Source: Histomonas meleagridis 2922-C6/04-290x (taxonomy: Eukaryota; Protista; Parabasalia). From it: 22,777 bases of DNA. Below are positions 1 through 12,519 of this stretch, one piece after another. Under the pieces are notes generated by a model, which was given only the letters and a program-made list of their open reading frames with translations, did no database searches and had not been told where the DNA came from. The translations under genes were made by a program, and so were the position numbers. Numbering within the stretch: position 1 is the stretch's first letter; each line of letters begins with the position of its first letter. The DNA lies in the NCBI GenBank assembly GCA_020184695.1, contig JAANOX010000158.1, forward strand, positions 1 through 22,777, given 5' to 3'.

Positions 1-369
1 TTGGCACTTCAAAAGTTGTAAGGATTTCTGTTTCTTGGGTATTATTGCTCGATCCACCTGGTGAAGATGATGGAATTTTACAGATGTTTGCATTTTTTTT
101 TCTTTTTTTTGAGGAAAAGATTGCAAAAATATTTGATTCAGTGGGATGACATTCAATCCACCAAATTTCATCTGGATAATCAAGAGTTTGGGTGCATTGG
201 ATAGATGCTTTAATTTCATTATATTCAAGGTGAATTTAGATTACTTTCAACAATTGCTGATCCAACAGCAAACATTGTTTTATCTGATATGGAAGGTATT
301 GCAGATATGTGACGACAGCATGATTTCAATACCTGCATATGAAAAAACAACTGCTTCGTATTTCGTCAT
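1..369 (-). pseudogene. Frameshifted EIPR1/TSSC1-like WD40 protein, N-terminal part (runs off the window)
   Basis: Manual translation from the ATG at 369, with two frameshifts, gives MTKYEAVVFSYAG/LKSCCRHISAIPSISDKTMFAVGSAIVES/IHLEYNEIKASIQCTQTLDYPDEIWWIECHPTESNIFAIF. This follows the EIPR1 N-terminal pattern I recall (YGL..ARAL...RFLVGT...IHI.DF...EIWHI..SP). Confidence 0.5.
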
Positions 370-464
370 TCAAATGAAATTAACATCACTGTTAAAAAAT
401 TGACTAAAGTCTATGTTTAAAAATCACAAATTCATAACGAAACCATTTAATATACCATTGACAT

Positions 465-1870
465 CTAACATATGAATTTATAATCAATAAATTTTTTTAA
501 TAAATCGACAACTATTCCATGAATGCATTCACATAAATCATATATGGTCCCACTTTGAGACTCTTTGATGGTTTGAAGCATTCCAATTCCAACTCCTGTG
601 ACAAACTGGTCGACTGCCCATATCATGGAACAAAGGATTTTGTTGCGAACACAAGATCTTCTGGATAGTGCAAAACTGTTCATAGAATTTCTTCATTACA
701 GTATCCATAAATTCCTGTATGCTGTAATTAGTTATTTTAGAACTGCACCTTCAAGTATACAATTGTCGTTTGCTTCATTGTATAATCGTTATGTACGTGA
801 ATAATCTTTTTTTTTTGAGAATGAAAATTGAGAATATCTTAAGTTTTCTATCTCAAACAATCCGAACTTGATGAACACGTTAGTGATAGAATATAGCAGG
901 ATACATTTGGTATAAACTGAAATATTTTTGGTTGAATCAGCGAAAAAGCTGAAATAAACGTTCGTAATCAAATTCAATGAATTTGTTAAAACCGATAATA
1001 TTTTCAATACACTGAAGTGAAAGAAGCGAAATTTTGGAATTTGAGAGAGAGAAAAGAAGAACAAAATCTACCAGCTCATAGTTCAAAAGCAAAAGTTTAT
1101 CCACTCTTCATTTAAAATATCAAAACAATAGCAAAGAGAGTTTAAATAATCAAATTGAAAATCACGTTTGCGTTACTCCATGGAAATGATAGATTGGAAA
1201 ATTAACTCACACATTGCATTACAATTTTCGTAGTAAAACAAAATATTCGAACAAAGCTTAGAAATCGATAATTTTGTGAATTATTATCAATCTCTTTCAT
1301 TAGCCTCTAGAAATTTATCAGGCGTAAACAAACTCAAGACAAGCTGCTTGTTGGCTAAAAGATGATATTGATATGAAGCATTCTATGATTGAGCTGAAGT
1401 TATGCGTTTCTGTTGAGTTGAATAAAGTAAAAATTGAATTTATAATATTTTTTGATAAAAGTTCTTCAGCAACTAGTTTAGTATTGCTGAAGATATTTTT
1501 TACCAACTCTACTTTTACTTGAAATATTTGTTGTTCATTCGGACAATTTTTAATAAAATCGACAATGAAATCAGATACACTATACTTTTGGTAAAATGGA
1601 GAAAATAATAAAAGAGATTTGGCAGCAATGAATGATATTTGCTTAGCAAAATTTGTGAGTTTTTGAATGTTTTTTTTTTGTTGTTTCCATTCATGATTAA
1701 CTTCTGAAAATAATTTTTCTATGTCCATTGGCTTTTTTGGTTTTGGTAATGGAATAACTATTGGGCTTCTCCAAGGTAGTTGATATTAAAAATTAAAAAT
1801 TTCGTTTTGATTCAAGGTAGGTACGTAATGCGGTCGGGACGATCCCGAGGACCAAGTAACATTTAACGAT
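465..1870 (-). pseudogene. Decayed host-like helical-repeat (ARM/HEAT-like) protein gene
   Basis: ORFs 1318-1728, 789-1064 and 465-683 are co-oriented and can be joined through in-frame stops and frameshifts into one Leu/Ile/Phe-rich frame. ORFs 789-1064 and 465-683 share a frame. The family assignment comes from composition only. Confidence 0.4.
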
Positions 1871-1920
1871 CTGCGATTTTATGATTATAACAAATGTTTC
1901 AAAAATTTATATATAGTATA

Positions 1921-4438
1921 AGGGTTGTCAACGGGAGAAAAAAAATGACATTTGGGAGGAAAAAAATTCTTGCTTGAAAAAAAGGATAGAAGCGGTTATG
2001 GAACACGTTTAAATAAACGGTTTTTATGAATCAACTCTGCCAGTGAAGATGATCAAAGCAGAAAACGGCGATTTCAGAAACTAGAAAAAAAAGGTTTTGT
2101 TTTATCGAGGGCTTTTTCTGTTCTTGTTCTAAGATCTGATCGAACCTTTTGAAGCCTCGAAAATGCTCGTTCTGCTGCGGCTTGAATGGATTGTATCAAT
2201 AAGATCTGCTGTCCGATTCTTGCGAATGGTCTCCAATCTTCAATTGTATACAATACACTAAAATATCCATAAGACGAAGTCTTACTGCTTGGATAAAATG
2301 GATACTGTTGGCCACTCAATGTGAACCAATCAATAAACTTGCATGATACTTTTTCGATATCTTCATCTGAATAATTATGCATGTGACGAATCTTCGTCAT
2401 TCGCTCCAACAAACTTTGTAATAAAACATCTGCTTCAACGTTTGAATTTACTATGTTTTCATCTAGTACAGCAGAATAATCAAATTCTTCTTCTTCTTCT
2501 TCCTCTTGTACTTTAATATATTCAATTTCACCTCCGGTTATCATTCCATCAAATACTGATTCCTCTCAATTTCAATTTGATTATTATCTTTTTCTAATTG
2601 ATCATTAAATTGTTTTATGCTATTAAGTAGCATCTTGTCTTTTTGTTCAAGTTTAAGTCTTTAATTTAAAAGTTGAATTAATTGATAATTACCTGTCGTT
2701 TGCAATCTTATGATAATTTTATTATGAATATGATCATAATCAAATGTCGTATCATTATTATAATTATTGATTTCAGAATAAAAATCAGGCAAACTTTGAA
2801 TAAGTAAATAAATGTTTGACGCAGGGAAATGATCTGCTACAATTGTTTTTCCAGTTGCATGAAAGGTAATAATAAAAGAGTTGTATTTGAAATTACAACT
2901 TTGAGCATGAACTTGATGAAGCTTAAATCATTATTACTATTAAACAGATTTGTATTATTTAATATTTGTTTGATTTTACCAATCTTACGAATACCCCATT
3001 CACAAATCTCAAATGTATTAAACCATCTTGTTGGACATAATCCGGGACATACTTATCGCATTGTTGAACTGATTGTTAAACAGGTTTGGATCGAAAAATT
3101 TCTGAAAATCTCGAAATATAATTTTGAATCATTGACAAATTGTCTCATTGAAATGTGTTTTTGATATATAATGCTATTGTATGTGCAATACATGGGAAAA
3201 AAATAATTGGATAATTGTTTTCATGCATCATTGATGTAAACTGAAATGAATTTTGTGATTCTGGATCAATGGCTGATTTTTGTACTGGTAGGTTGTCCGA
3301 AGTAATCGATCCAATTGAGACGTTGTATAATTCTAATTGATCAATAATATTGATAACAACATCTTTATAGTCCTGTAAGTCCCCAATAAAATTCCTATTT
3401 GCTGAAATTATTAGTGGTTTTAGGTCTAATGCTATAGGGTTTGAAACTATTGCTATTAAATAAGAAACGCCATGATTCATTCCAGCATCAATCACTGAAG
3501 AATTAAAAGGAAACAAAAAATACCTCTGAAGTGTGGCCTCTTTGTTGGTTTTCTCATATTGGCAAAAGTTTTTTCTCAGTGTGTTTCTTGAGTTAAATGA
3601 AAATAATGATTCGAATGCTGCGTTTGGATTACTTTGGCCCAGCTGAATACACATCCTAATGAAATCATACATTTGAGGACTTGATGCAGCATTGATTGAT
3701 AGATCTAGACTTGCGATTAAAGAGTAGAAATGAACATCTATATTTTTGGAAATTTTCGTTATGCCAAAATAATTTTCAAGCGGAAAATCATAGACATGTT
3801 TGTGTTGTGTTGGCTTGGGACGATCAGTCCTCATTTTGTATGAACATTGAATAACTTTGCCATAGATATTTTTGGTATGTCTACATTGGTAATGAGTATG
3901 CTATCAGAATTGATATGGGTGATCACATGATCATCATGAAGCCAGGAAAACAAGAAGATTTCATATAAAATTGCTATGATTCAGATGGTTCTTCAACAAT
4001 GAAAATATGATTTCGGTTTATCTCAATTATACCCAGGTTTTTGACAGCTCAAATAAACGGTTATCTCCCGGGGGAAAAAATGGGAGAAAAGTGGGAGAAA
4101 AAGTAAGAGAAAAAGTGGGAGATCCTCAGAATCTTATTTGAATGCCTTAGTTATCAATTTTGAATGGAGAGAGCAAAGAATTCTTTCACTTTTCTCCCAT
4201 AATTTAAATTCAACTCCGATACGGTGAGCTATCGTACTCGCAGAACGATCAATTTCATCTGAATATGAAACGACCGTTATAATCGAGGAAAAAATTCGGA
4301 AAGAAAAAAGACACTTTTTACTAGAGTACGTTAATACTAAACGATTAATGTCTATACAAAAATTACTTATCGTTTATCCCACCTTTTTAAAGTGGGGCGG
4401 GAGGAAAAATCGCAAATGGAAGAAATTTGACAATCCTA
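1921..4438 (-). mobile_element. hAT-superfamily DNA transposon (full-length footprint, decayed)
   Basis: Left end AGGGTTGTCAA (1921-1931) and right end TTGACAATCCTA (4427-4438, reverse complement TAGGATTGTCAA). The flanks ATAGTATA (1913-1920) and GTAGTATA (4439-4446) match at 7/8, consistent with an 8-bp TSD. A hAT transposase lies inside. Confidence 0.8.
2074..4050 (-). pseudogene. hAT transposase with BED-like zinc finger; stops and frameshifts
   Basis: BED-like CRH..C..H.H near 3790-3890, IDAG and SDN acidic residues, CIAHTIAL (CxxH motif) and a frameshifted TRWFN near 3020. The C-terminal dimerisation domain reads WRPFARIGQQILLIQSIQAAAERAFS in ORF 2074-2544. Confidence 0.88.
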
Positions 4439-4884
4439 GTAGTATAAAATATTTTGCAAATTACTTAAAATATTTATTTGATGATTATGATGGTATTAGA
4501 ATATTTATGTAAATTACATTTGTTGATTGTACAAACGTACGTTTTGTTATATATAATTGAGGAAAAAACAGAATCTATTTTTCATAAGGGAACATTTTTT
4601 CTAGAGACTTTTTATTTCTCTAAGATAATACGATTTTTTTATGTATTTTATAAATATTGACTCTACTAACACATTTAGGATTAAGATAACGTTTTATTTT
4701 TAAGGATCAGAGAAATATGTTTTTTCATTGTTTTGAATTAATTCGAAAGTTGGAGCTTCAATATCCTTTTCGCCATACTTAGCTCTGTATTTTGGTCTTT
4801 TTAGTCGATTTTACGGTTATCACTTCGCATATTGAGAAGTATATCAATTCTATTTAAAATGAATACGAGAAAAGACACAAAATT

Positions 4885-6846
4885 ATGATCAATACTTTCA
4901 TATCCGTTATTAATGCTACCGTCGACGATGCCGTTAATGAGCTATTATATTCTCCTAATGAAAGAAAAATAAAATATGACATATCTTTCAACAAACCCAA
5001 TAATTTCATTCCAAAAGAAATATCATTTGACGAAATTAATGATTATGATTTCAGTAAAGGCTTAACTGAATTTATAATTAATGAGGATTATGTGCATCTG
5101 GACTTTGATTTTGTTACTATTAAATCAGAAGATGAATTAATATTCGTTTATGAATGGCTTGAACAACTAAAAAATATATTAGGAGTAATTACTCCTACGG
5201 TGGTTATTGTAATAATGGGGAAATGGAAGCATATGAATTTAGACTTATTCCTGATGACAAACATTATTTATCGATGCATGTTGTATTATATGAGACAAAA
5301 ATCGCATCAAAAGATATTGTTGAAATTATGAAACATACTGAGAAAAAAGGTTTCGCCATGAATGGTGTTCATGAATTATGTGATCCAAACGTATATAAAT
5401 TAGTTCAAAGCAGAGAAGGTTAGTTATCAAGACAAGTAATGAGGCACGTTCTTTCTGATAAAATATTTATACCCAACGATTCACAGAATAAAATGAATCA
5501 CGGTTAAATCATAAATGATAAAGATTATGAAGACCAATTAATTATATCTAATGACGAACGAGTGAAAGAGTTATCAAATAATTTTCATTCTGATTTCGAC
5601 ACTTTTAATGTTACTCTCGCTGCTCCTTTGTATCACTCACCTTATTCTAAAAAATTCTTACGCCAACATTTTCTTAAATGATACTCAAAAACAGCACGAC
5701 GTAGAATTAACTATAGATCAAATATCAGACCGTTATTACGTGAGAGAAATGACAAAGAAGTGGTTTCATTCTTTAATAAAACATCTACCGGAAGACATAA
5801 GGAACAAGTATTTAGAACTGTATAATGATTCATCAATCGATTTTACAGTAAATATTAACAACTCCACATGGCATTATCAGGATATAAGGAGATGAACTTA
5901 TGATACACATGAGTTTCCAAAACTAATTAGTTTGTACTAATCTTCTTGGTGTAATAGGTTATGTTAAATCAAGATTCTATATCAGAGAGATAAAAGAAGA
6001 TCAAACATATATTAGAGAAACATCACTAACAAAAATTCGTGAAGAGCTTTCTTTATACAAGCCATTCAAAGGAAACACTAAAGTAACATTATATCATGTT
6101 GTATCAAAATATTCAAACTGGTTTGCTTATGACGACGCTAAATCAATGGCAATCCTGATGAAGCTAATATAATAACATCTTTCAAGGATTTAAGTTTACT
6201 GAAAACAAATCGAATGATTTCACACTACGTCAACCATTACTGGATCACATAAAACATATCGTTTTTCATGATGACGAAGACAAATACGACTACTTTATGA
6301 AATGGTGGGCTAGCATCTTTCAAAACATTACCGTTAAGAACGGAAAAATGCCAATTATTCATGGAGCTCAAGACTCAGGGAAAAGCTTTCCTGTTAAGTG
6401 CTTTTGCGAACTGCTCGGTAACTTTGCGCTTAAAAACGTTGATGACTTAGATAAAGTTTTCGGTAAATTTAATGGTTTGATTGGTCGTCATATAGTGATT
6501 AACATTTATGAGCCGCCATAAGCTACGGAGAAATTTAAGTATCTCGGTAAAATAAAATCAAAACTCACACAAAAACGAACAGTTGCGGAAACTAAAGGAG
6601 TTGATCAAATTGAAATAGATTCTTGAGTAAATTATAGAATGATATCTGATGAGCACAAATAATTCTAAGTCTGTTCAAGAAGAGAACGGAGATCGAAGAA
6701 TAATATATAATGAGGCGAATAATAAATATTGTGGAAACAAAGAATATTTTGATGAGTTATGCAAGCCAATTCAACCTATCAAACAAGTTCATTATTTTAA
6801 AGAATATATGGAATTACTCTTGCACTACATGAGAACTCAGATAGAT
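4885..6846 (+). pseudogene. AEP primase-SF3 (D5-like) helicase, 3'-truncated
   Basis: Primase-like motifs YVHLDFDF and YLSMHVV, Walker A GAQDSGKS (6363-6386), a Walker B-like INIYEPP, and STNN...GDRR (sensor and arginine finger). Several ORF pieces are linked by stops and frameshifts. Confidence 0.88.
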
Positions 6847-6987
6847 TTTTGTTTTCATGTGTTTCCATGTGTTTTTGATATATATGCTATCATGACTTCC
6901 GACTGGCTATTTTTAATCATTTTGAAAGGACCAAAAAATAATGCTAATGTTTAAAATAATCATTTTTTAATTTTATCAAAAAGAGAA

Positions 6988-7616
6988 ATGTGTTATGCTG
7001 AATCCGTTATTAATGCTAACGTCGACGATGCCGTTAATGAGCTATTATATTCTTTTAATGAAAGGAAAATAAAATATGACATATCTTTCAACAAACCCAA
7101 TAATTTCATTCCAAAAGAAATATCATTTGACGATGTTAAAGACTTTGATGCGGATAAAATCATTCGTAAAATTAATTCTAAAACTAATTTAATGAACAGC
7201 TTGAACGGCAGTCTCTCGACTTAAACGCTGTTGATAGATATATATCTATTATAGACAACCACTTATTATTCAAATATGGTGTTGCTCTTGATGATATTAG
7301 AGTTGAAGGATATATATCAACAGGTTTGGCGGGAAAACTTATGGCAACATGTAATGTTAAACATATGCGTAAAAGCCAATATGAAAAATTAATGGCGGAA
7401 CATGAAGAAATATATGGAAACAGATCTTGTTTCATTTCGAATCAGTTAAGAATATATTCACTTCAGCCAAAGGAACAAATTCCGGATCTGTACGCCATAA
7501 TTGATTATAAAGCATTTAATGAAGTCAATGATGAAATAGACGATGATGCAATACCTGTTAAACAAACGGTTAAACATAATGAAAATTTAGAAAAAGAATT
7601 ATATGAGGTACCATAA
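6988..7616 (+). pseudogene. Second primase-helicase copy: 5' end joined directly to the probable C-terminal domain
   Basis: 7002-7133 matches 4902-5033 at 128/132 nt. It then continues as VKDFDADKIIRKINSK...EQLERQ...PKEQIPDLYAIIDYK, which reads as the continuation of LHYMRTQID at 6846. Confidence 0.65.
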
Positions 7617-8165
7617 ATGTGGAAAGGTGGAAATGTTTATGATACTCATTATTTTTGTCATGTTTCTCATCATTTTTTGATATGTCAATGCTGAGCAAAA
7701 AAATGTCAGGTGGTTCAGCTACGCTCATTATAACACATGTGTCGGATGGAGAATCCTTCAAAAATGAATCAAAATTGAAGGACGGAATAATAACACTAAT
7801 TTTAAAATAATTTTATTTTTTTATTTATATAGAATGAATTATAATTATAATTATAATTACGTCAAAAACTTTCCGGCATTTAAAGAATACATTTCAAAAA
7901 TACCTCCATATTATGAATCATCACCATTCATTTATTTCGATATTAATTCACTCAAATATGACAAAATTCAATTAATAATTAGGGTTATGAAAAATATGTT
8001 CATGAAGAGGATAAATTAGTCGTGCTTGTTTTACCAAAAACATCACATTTTATATTTAAAATATCTGAGCTAAATTCATCCTAAGCATTATTATTATTAT
8101 AATTATTATATTATTTATGATAAAATTGATGGCAAAACTGAGGGAAAAAAAGATATCAAAAAATA

Positions 8166-8427
8166 ATGCTAATTTTAATATCATAGAAATAACATCGATG
8201 GAGAAATTGTGCGTGCAGTTCAACAATCAACAGAAAGATTTACAAATCAAATGTTAGAATATATTTTAGATAATCATTTACAGAACGAAACACCGGAAGA
8301 TATAGCCAAAAAATATTCAAACATCAGACCAATCAAACGTCGACGCTGCAGAACAAAAATAATTTGTCATGAACAAACAAGTCAAACAACATATATCAAT
8401 GAAGCGTCAAAAATTATAGATCACTGA
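8166..8427 (+). pseudogene. Small hypothetical gene remnant inside the Maverick region
   Basis: Open frame EIVRAVQQSTERFTNQMLEYILDNHLQNETPEDIAKKYSNIRPIKRRR; no family recognised. Confidence 0.35.
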
Positions 8428-9055
8428 ACGACATAAAATACGTTGCGGCAATTGTTACAGTAACTCTATCAACAATCATTTTATTCATTTTTTCTGTTAA
8501 TACTGTTTCATCATCAAAAATACTTTGGTCATATAGTATCATTAATATAATAAATTGATGAGTCAGTAACACTAAAATAAAAATAACCGTGTCTTGATCA
8601 ATGGATACATCGCTCTTGATGTTTTCACCAGTTTGAAATATTTCTCCAGCTGTATGTTTTGCAGTACATATTCCAATAAATACTTTATAAAAGCCATTGC
8701 TTTTTACTGATGGTATACAATTTGTTGCAGTCGTTTCGATCACATAATTTTTATTTTTGAGGGGATAAACATTTCCATATATGAAAACATATTTCCAATA
8801 CTAAAATTGCTTACATCTTCTTCTATTGGTGCATTATGTACGATAGTTTACCGAATCTGTTCTCCACCGTTAGCAGATATAAGACCTTTTCTGTACGTGC
8901 CTTCTGATATATGTCAAAAACCTAATTCATTTTGATATTGTGCTATACGCCAATTATAAGTTCCTGGTGCTGTTGATGATATACAAAATCTACAAATCTA
9001 CCTGTTCTACATACTGCATTTTGTGTTGGGACTAAATCATTAGGATTATGAGTAT
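8414..9055 (-). pseudogene. Fibre-like virion protein, C-terminal part (paralogue 1)
   Basis: Frameshifted frame HTHNPNDL...TIVHNAPIEEDVSNFSIG...NCIPSVKSNGFYKVFIGICTAKHTAGEI...HGYFYFSVTDSSIYYINDT...SIFDDETVLTEK. It is clearly paralogous to the 3' part of 12520-13590. Confidence 0.55.
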
Positions 9056-9595
9056 GCGCGTATTGAGGTTTGACGTTTTAATGAATAATCGTGATCGTGA
9101 TATCTTTATTGATCCGAGGACCTATTTCTTTCATCGCTAACATTAGTAAGAATAATAATAAATCAAAATTTCCGCGATAGCTTAAGCTCCGGAGATCAGC
9201 GATCCGTCGAAATTCATTGTAAGATCTTTTTCATTAAATCTTTAATCATTTTTTGTGTATTCTTGACGCATTACTGATAAACTTCCTGTTGAAATTCATG
9301 AGTCTCATTTTTGAAATAATCATCTTGTTTTTCCTAAAATTTCTCGTAAGATGATTTATACTTCTGTTTATTATTATCACTTGCCATATTGATAAATTGG
9401 GAAATCATATTCACTTCTTCCCTTATTAATTCTATATCTTAATTGTTTAATAGTAAGTCTTTCTTTTCTTCCTGTTTGCTCATCAATAACACTAATCGGT
9501 GTAGTATTATTTCTATACACTAAGTTTTTCTATAAAGTATAACCATAACGTTCGAATGATTCTCTGATTCCTCTTGTACTATAATTTTTAGACAT
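9055..9595 (-). pseudogene. Probable N-terminal region of Maverick protein-primed DNA polymerase B, truncated
   Basis: MSKNYSTRGIRESFERYGYTL*KNLVYRNNTTPISVIDEQTGRKERLTIKQLRYRI...AMKEIGPRINKDITITI resembles the trichomonad Maverick PolB N-terminus as I recall it. No exonuclease or polymerase motifs remain. Confidence 0.5.
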
Positions 9596-9659
9596 TCTTT
9601 ATTATTTGTTAAAAAAAAAAAATAAAAAAAAAATTAGCTTAGTTTAGCATCTATCTATT

Positions 9660-10302
9660 ATTTATAACTTATTTTTCCTGATGACTTGACAAACTTTGGA
9701 CTAATTTTACGTTTTGTTAGTAACTCTATCACATCAGCGTATGAATATTTCAAATTATAAGTATTTTTATCTTTTTTAACATGAATTTTCGATACATAAT
9801 CATACGAACTGCTTCTGCTTCAACCTGCTTCTTGATCAGCTTTAAGTAATTCTACTTCTTCTGTATCACATAATAGCTGAATTAATTTCATTAGTTCATT
9901 TTCTTCAGCAGCGATAACATATTTATTAACTATCAGAGGATTATTTTCTACAATATCCAAACATAATACTGATGCCTGAATCAACATATCTTTGTCGTGA
10001 ATTACTTTTTCAAGATTTGCAAGAGTTTCATCTGCTGTTTCAACACTTCGTTCTTTGATTTCCGAACCTAGTGAGGTTCGAGCCTCGGAGCTTTGCTCCC
10101 GGATTCCTTGAATCCCTGGCGAGACAGGTTCTTCTGGCGAGATTGGTTTAACATCCGGATAGCTAACAGGAACTCTTTCGTATGGATTGACCACAACATT
10201 AACGTTTTGATTCTGACTTTGTTTTGGAGAGTTAAGATTAGTTCCGACTTTTGCTAAAAATCTTTTCGAACATGAGAGAACACTACTTCTTGGTACTGAC
10301 AT
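9660..10302 (-). pseudogene. Conserved Maverick hypothetical protein
   Basis: The 160-aa ORF 9820-10302 continues past a TGA and a frameshift (YVSKIHVKK...SYADVIELLTKRKISPKFVK). Confidence 0.55.
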
Positions 10303-10340
10303 TTTTTAGCAGATAAAATTTTGTTTTTATTACTAATTAA

Positions 10341-10658
10341 ATGACTAACATTTTCGATTACATTAAAGGATTGAAATTAAATAAAGTCATCACGACTAAA
10401 CAATTGCCCTTCATAGAAAACATATTCTTTTATGTTGAAAATCTGACAATATATAAATATGTTATTAGTGTTCGCCCGGAACCATTAAAACGAGCGAAAC
10501 GTGTCGGATTAAAATTATTATATGATATTCATGACAACATTAATGTTACAATTAAAGAACCATTAGCTAATATTGCAAAAGGTAGATTTATTCTTATGTA
10601 TAATCCAGGGAATAGTGAAATAACAATTGCTGAAGGTGAAGATAAAAATATATGTTAA
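10341..10658 (+). CDS. Small Maverick hypothetical protein (105 aa), apparently intact
   Basis: Clean ATG-to-stop ORF lying tail-to-tail with the MCP. A decayed paralogue at ~20298-20460 shares IYKYVI.VRP and YDIHDNIN. Confidence 0.7.
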   Translation: MTNIFDYIKGLKLNKVITTKQLPFIENIFFYVENLTIYKYVISVRPEPLKRAKRVGLKLLYDIHDNINVTIKEPLANIAKGRFILMYNPGNSEITIAEGEDKNIC

Positions 10659-10669
10659 ACAATTTATTT

Positions 10670-12210
10670 TTACCTCGCACCTCCAGCGATGATTTGCTCG
10701 ATACTAGCGTTGGTGATTTCAATTTGACTTCTACCATCCGGTTTCATCGAACGTACTATCAATAAAGCATCTTCGAAGTAAATTCCTGTCGGAGCAATAT
10801 ATGTTACATCTTTTTCATATAAGTGTCAGCCAATCGATCACCCGTATAATTCAATTTGAACAGTTCCTGTTGTTTATATGTCTCTCTGGAAATCATCACC
10901 TTCAGCAAATGGTAGTCCTATGAAGAAATTATAGTTATCTTTACCGTGCCAAACTTTTGATTGAGTATTAACACCAGATGCGTTATATATTTTGATTATA
11001 ATAAAATTGAACAGATGTTCTAAGATCTTTTGACAGAGAACTTAAAAGACTTCCGTTAAGATTTACTGCATCCAAAACCATATTTATATTCCTGGGATCA
11101 TCAACTGTTTCATAAGCTTTTCTAGGATAAATTTTATCATCAATATTAAAACCATATCTGATTTGTGGATTTAAGAAGCATGTTCTTGAATATTGTGATT
11201 GACAAATTACTGTAAACATAGTATCACAATGCTTCAATCTTATTGTTGCAGCTGTGTTAAATGATGTTGGAGCAGATGTCGAATTGCTTCCTAATGGTTG
11301 TGTGAAGTCTCTTATTTGACAAACATGTATTGGAAATAGCATCGGAACTTGAATATATGCAGCAGCAAGCGAATTAAACACATCCATTTTTAAGAGATAT
11401 GTAGCAAGCTTATTTTTTACATCTTTTGTAACTTGTGTATGACGAACAAATTGCTGTGGTACATCCATTGTTGCGTAAGTTGTAGTACCGCTTTCTGTTG
11501 TTGCTTTAATGTAACTCTTAACTGTTTCATTAATGTTTCTAAATCCAAGATCACATAAATAATTACCTTCGACGACTGACTTCGCTGCTACAGTCATTCG
11601 TGGTCACATACAGGCGCAATAACTATATTTTGATATGATGGCATAAGTTCATAAGAAAGCTTTCCGCTTGAGTTAGGATAATATCTCATATTAAAATGAA
11701 ATTAATAAAAATTAATTAAGGAATTTTAACAATGACTTCTTTAGATGCAGTAATAGCACTAAAGTCACAATAAACTCCTGGAGTTAACCATTGGATCATG
11801 ATTACGGAGATTTTCTAAAGTTACGAAACAATTATTTACTGCTTTAGCTACATCGGATAATGAGTTGTAAAGCATAAACCATTTATACCTGGCATTATGC
11901 ACTGCAAGACTTTATGCATATAAGTCAATTGAATTTTATCCATATTTGAATAGACTTTATACTGATCAATAGCATCAGCTGAGCACTTATACCCAACATA
12001 ATATTTTTAAAACAAAAGATTTGATTGTGGTGGAACAGTTATAGAAACTTCTTGTTTTAAAGTAATATCACTATTATCTATTCCAATAAACCTATCGGTG
12101 AAAATATCGACAAAAGTTGTGTCACCTTCGTTAATGTCTTCAACATTAACGTAAGAAGTAGCTGTTGTGTATCCATAATTGCCAGTAATGATTTCAGAAG
12201 CTTTAACTCA
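10670..12210 (-). pseudogene. Major capsid protein (double jelly-roll type expected), copy 1
   Basis: Frames can be joined from VKASEII...DRFIGIDNSDITLKQEV...YYVGYKCSADAIDQYKVYSN...PGVYCDFSAI...RYYPNSSGKL through ORF 10983-11597 to YIAPTGIYFEDA...SMKPDGRSQIEITNASIEQIIAGGAR* (stop 10670-10672). The sequence is beta-rich and matches the trichomonad Maverick MCP as I recall it. Confidence 0.65.
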
Positions 12211-12519
12211 AAATTTGCAAGCAAAACTCCGTCTAGGCGGATTCTTTAATTTTTGTGGCATAAAGTGTATTATGAACATATGTTATTTTCCACGTTTCTA
12301 TTTCTTCAAGCATTTCTTTAATCTCACCTTACCGAATCATGCACTTCTTTAAATCTATCCACATCTTAAAAATCGACATAACATAAATTCTTTCTTTATT
12401 AGGATAATATTTTTCAACGAACGAATTGATATCTTCCGATTCATATTCTTTGGTCATTTTTTCAAAATGAATCATTGAAAAGAATTAATAAAATTATTGC
12501 CGAAATGGCATAGAATGCA

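Noticed and set aside
146-804. Plus-strand ORFs 146-403 and 598-804
   Set aside because: Antisense shadows of the minus-strand pseudogenes.
2829-3164. 111-aa plus-strand ORF
   Set aside because: Antisense to the hAT transposase.
7570-7761. Short minus ORF with a weak PP2C-like look (VAEPPDIFLLSID)
   Set aside because: Too short and lacks the PP2C catalytic motifs.
12237-12465. Minus-strand frame MTKEYESEDINSFVEKYYPNKERIYV..., possibly a helicase C-terminal winged helix
   Set aside because: Fragment with a stop and no diagnostic motif; cannot be assigned without a search.
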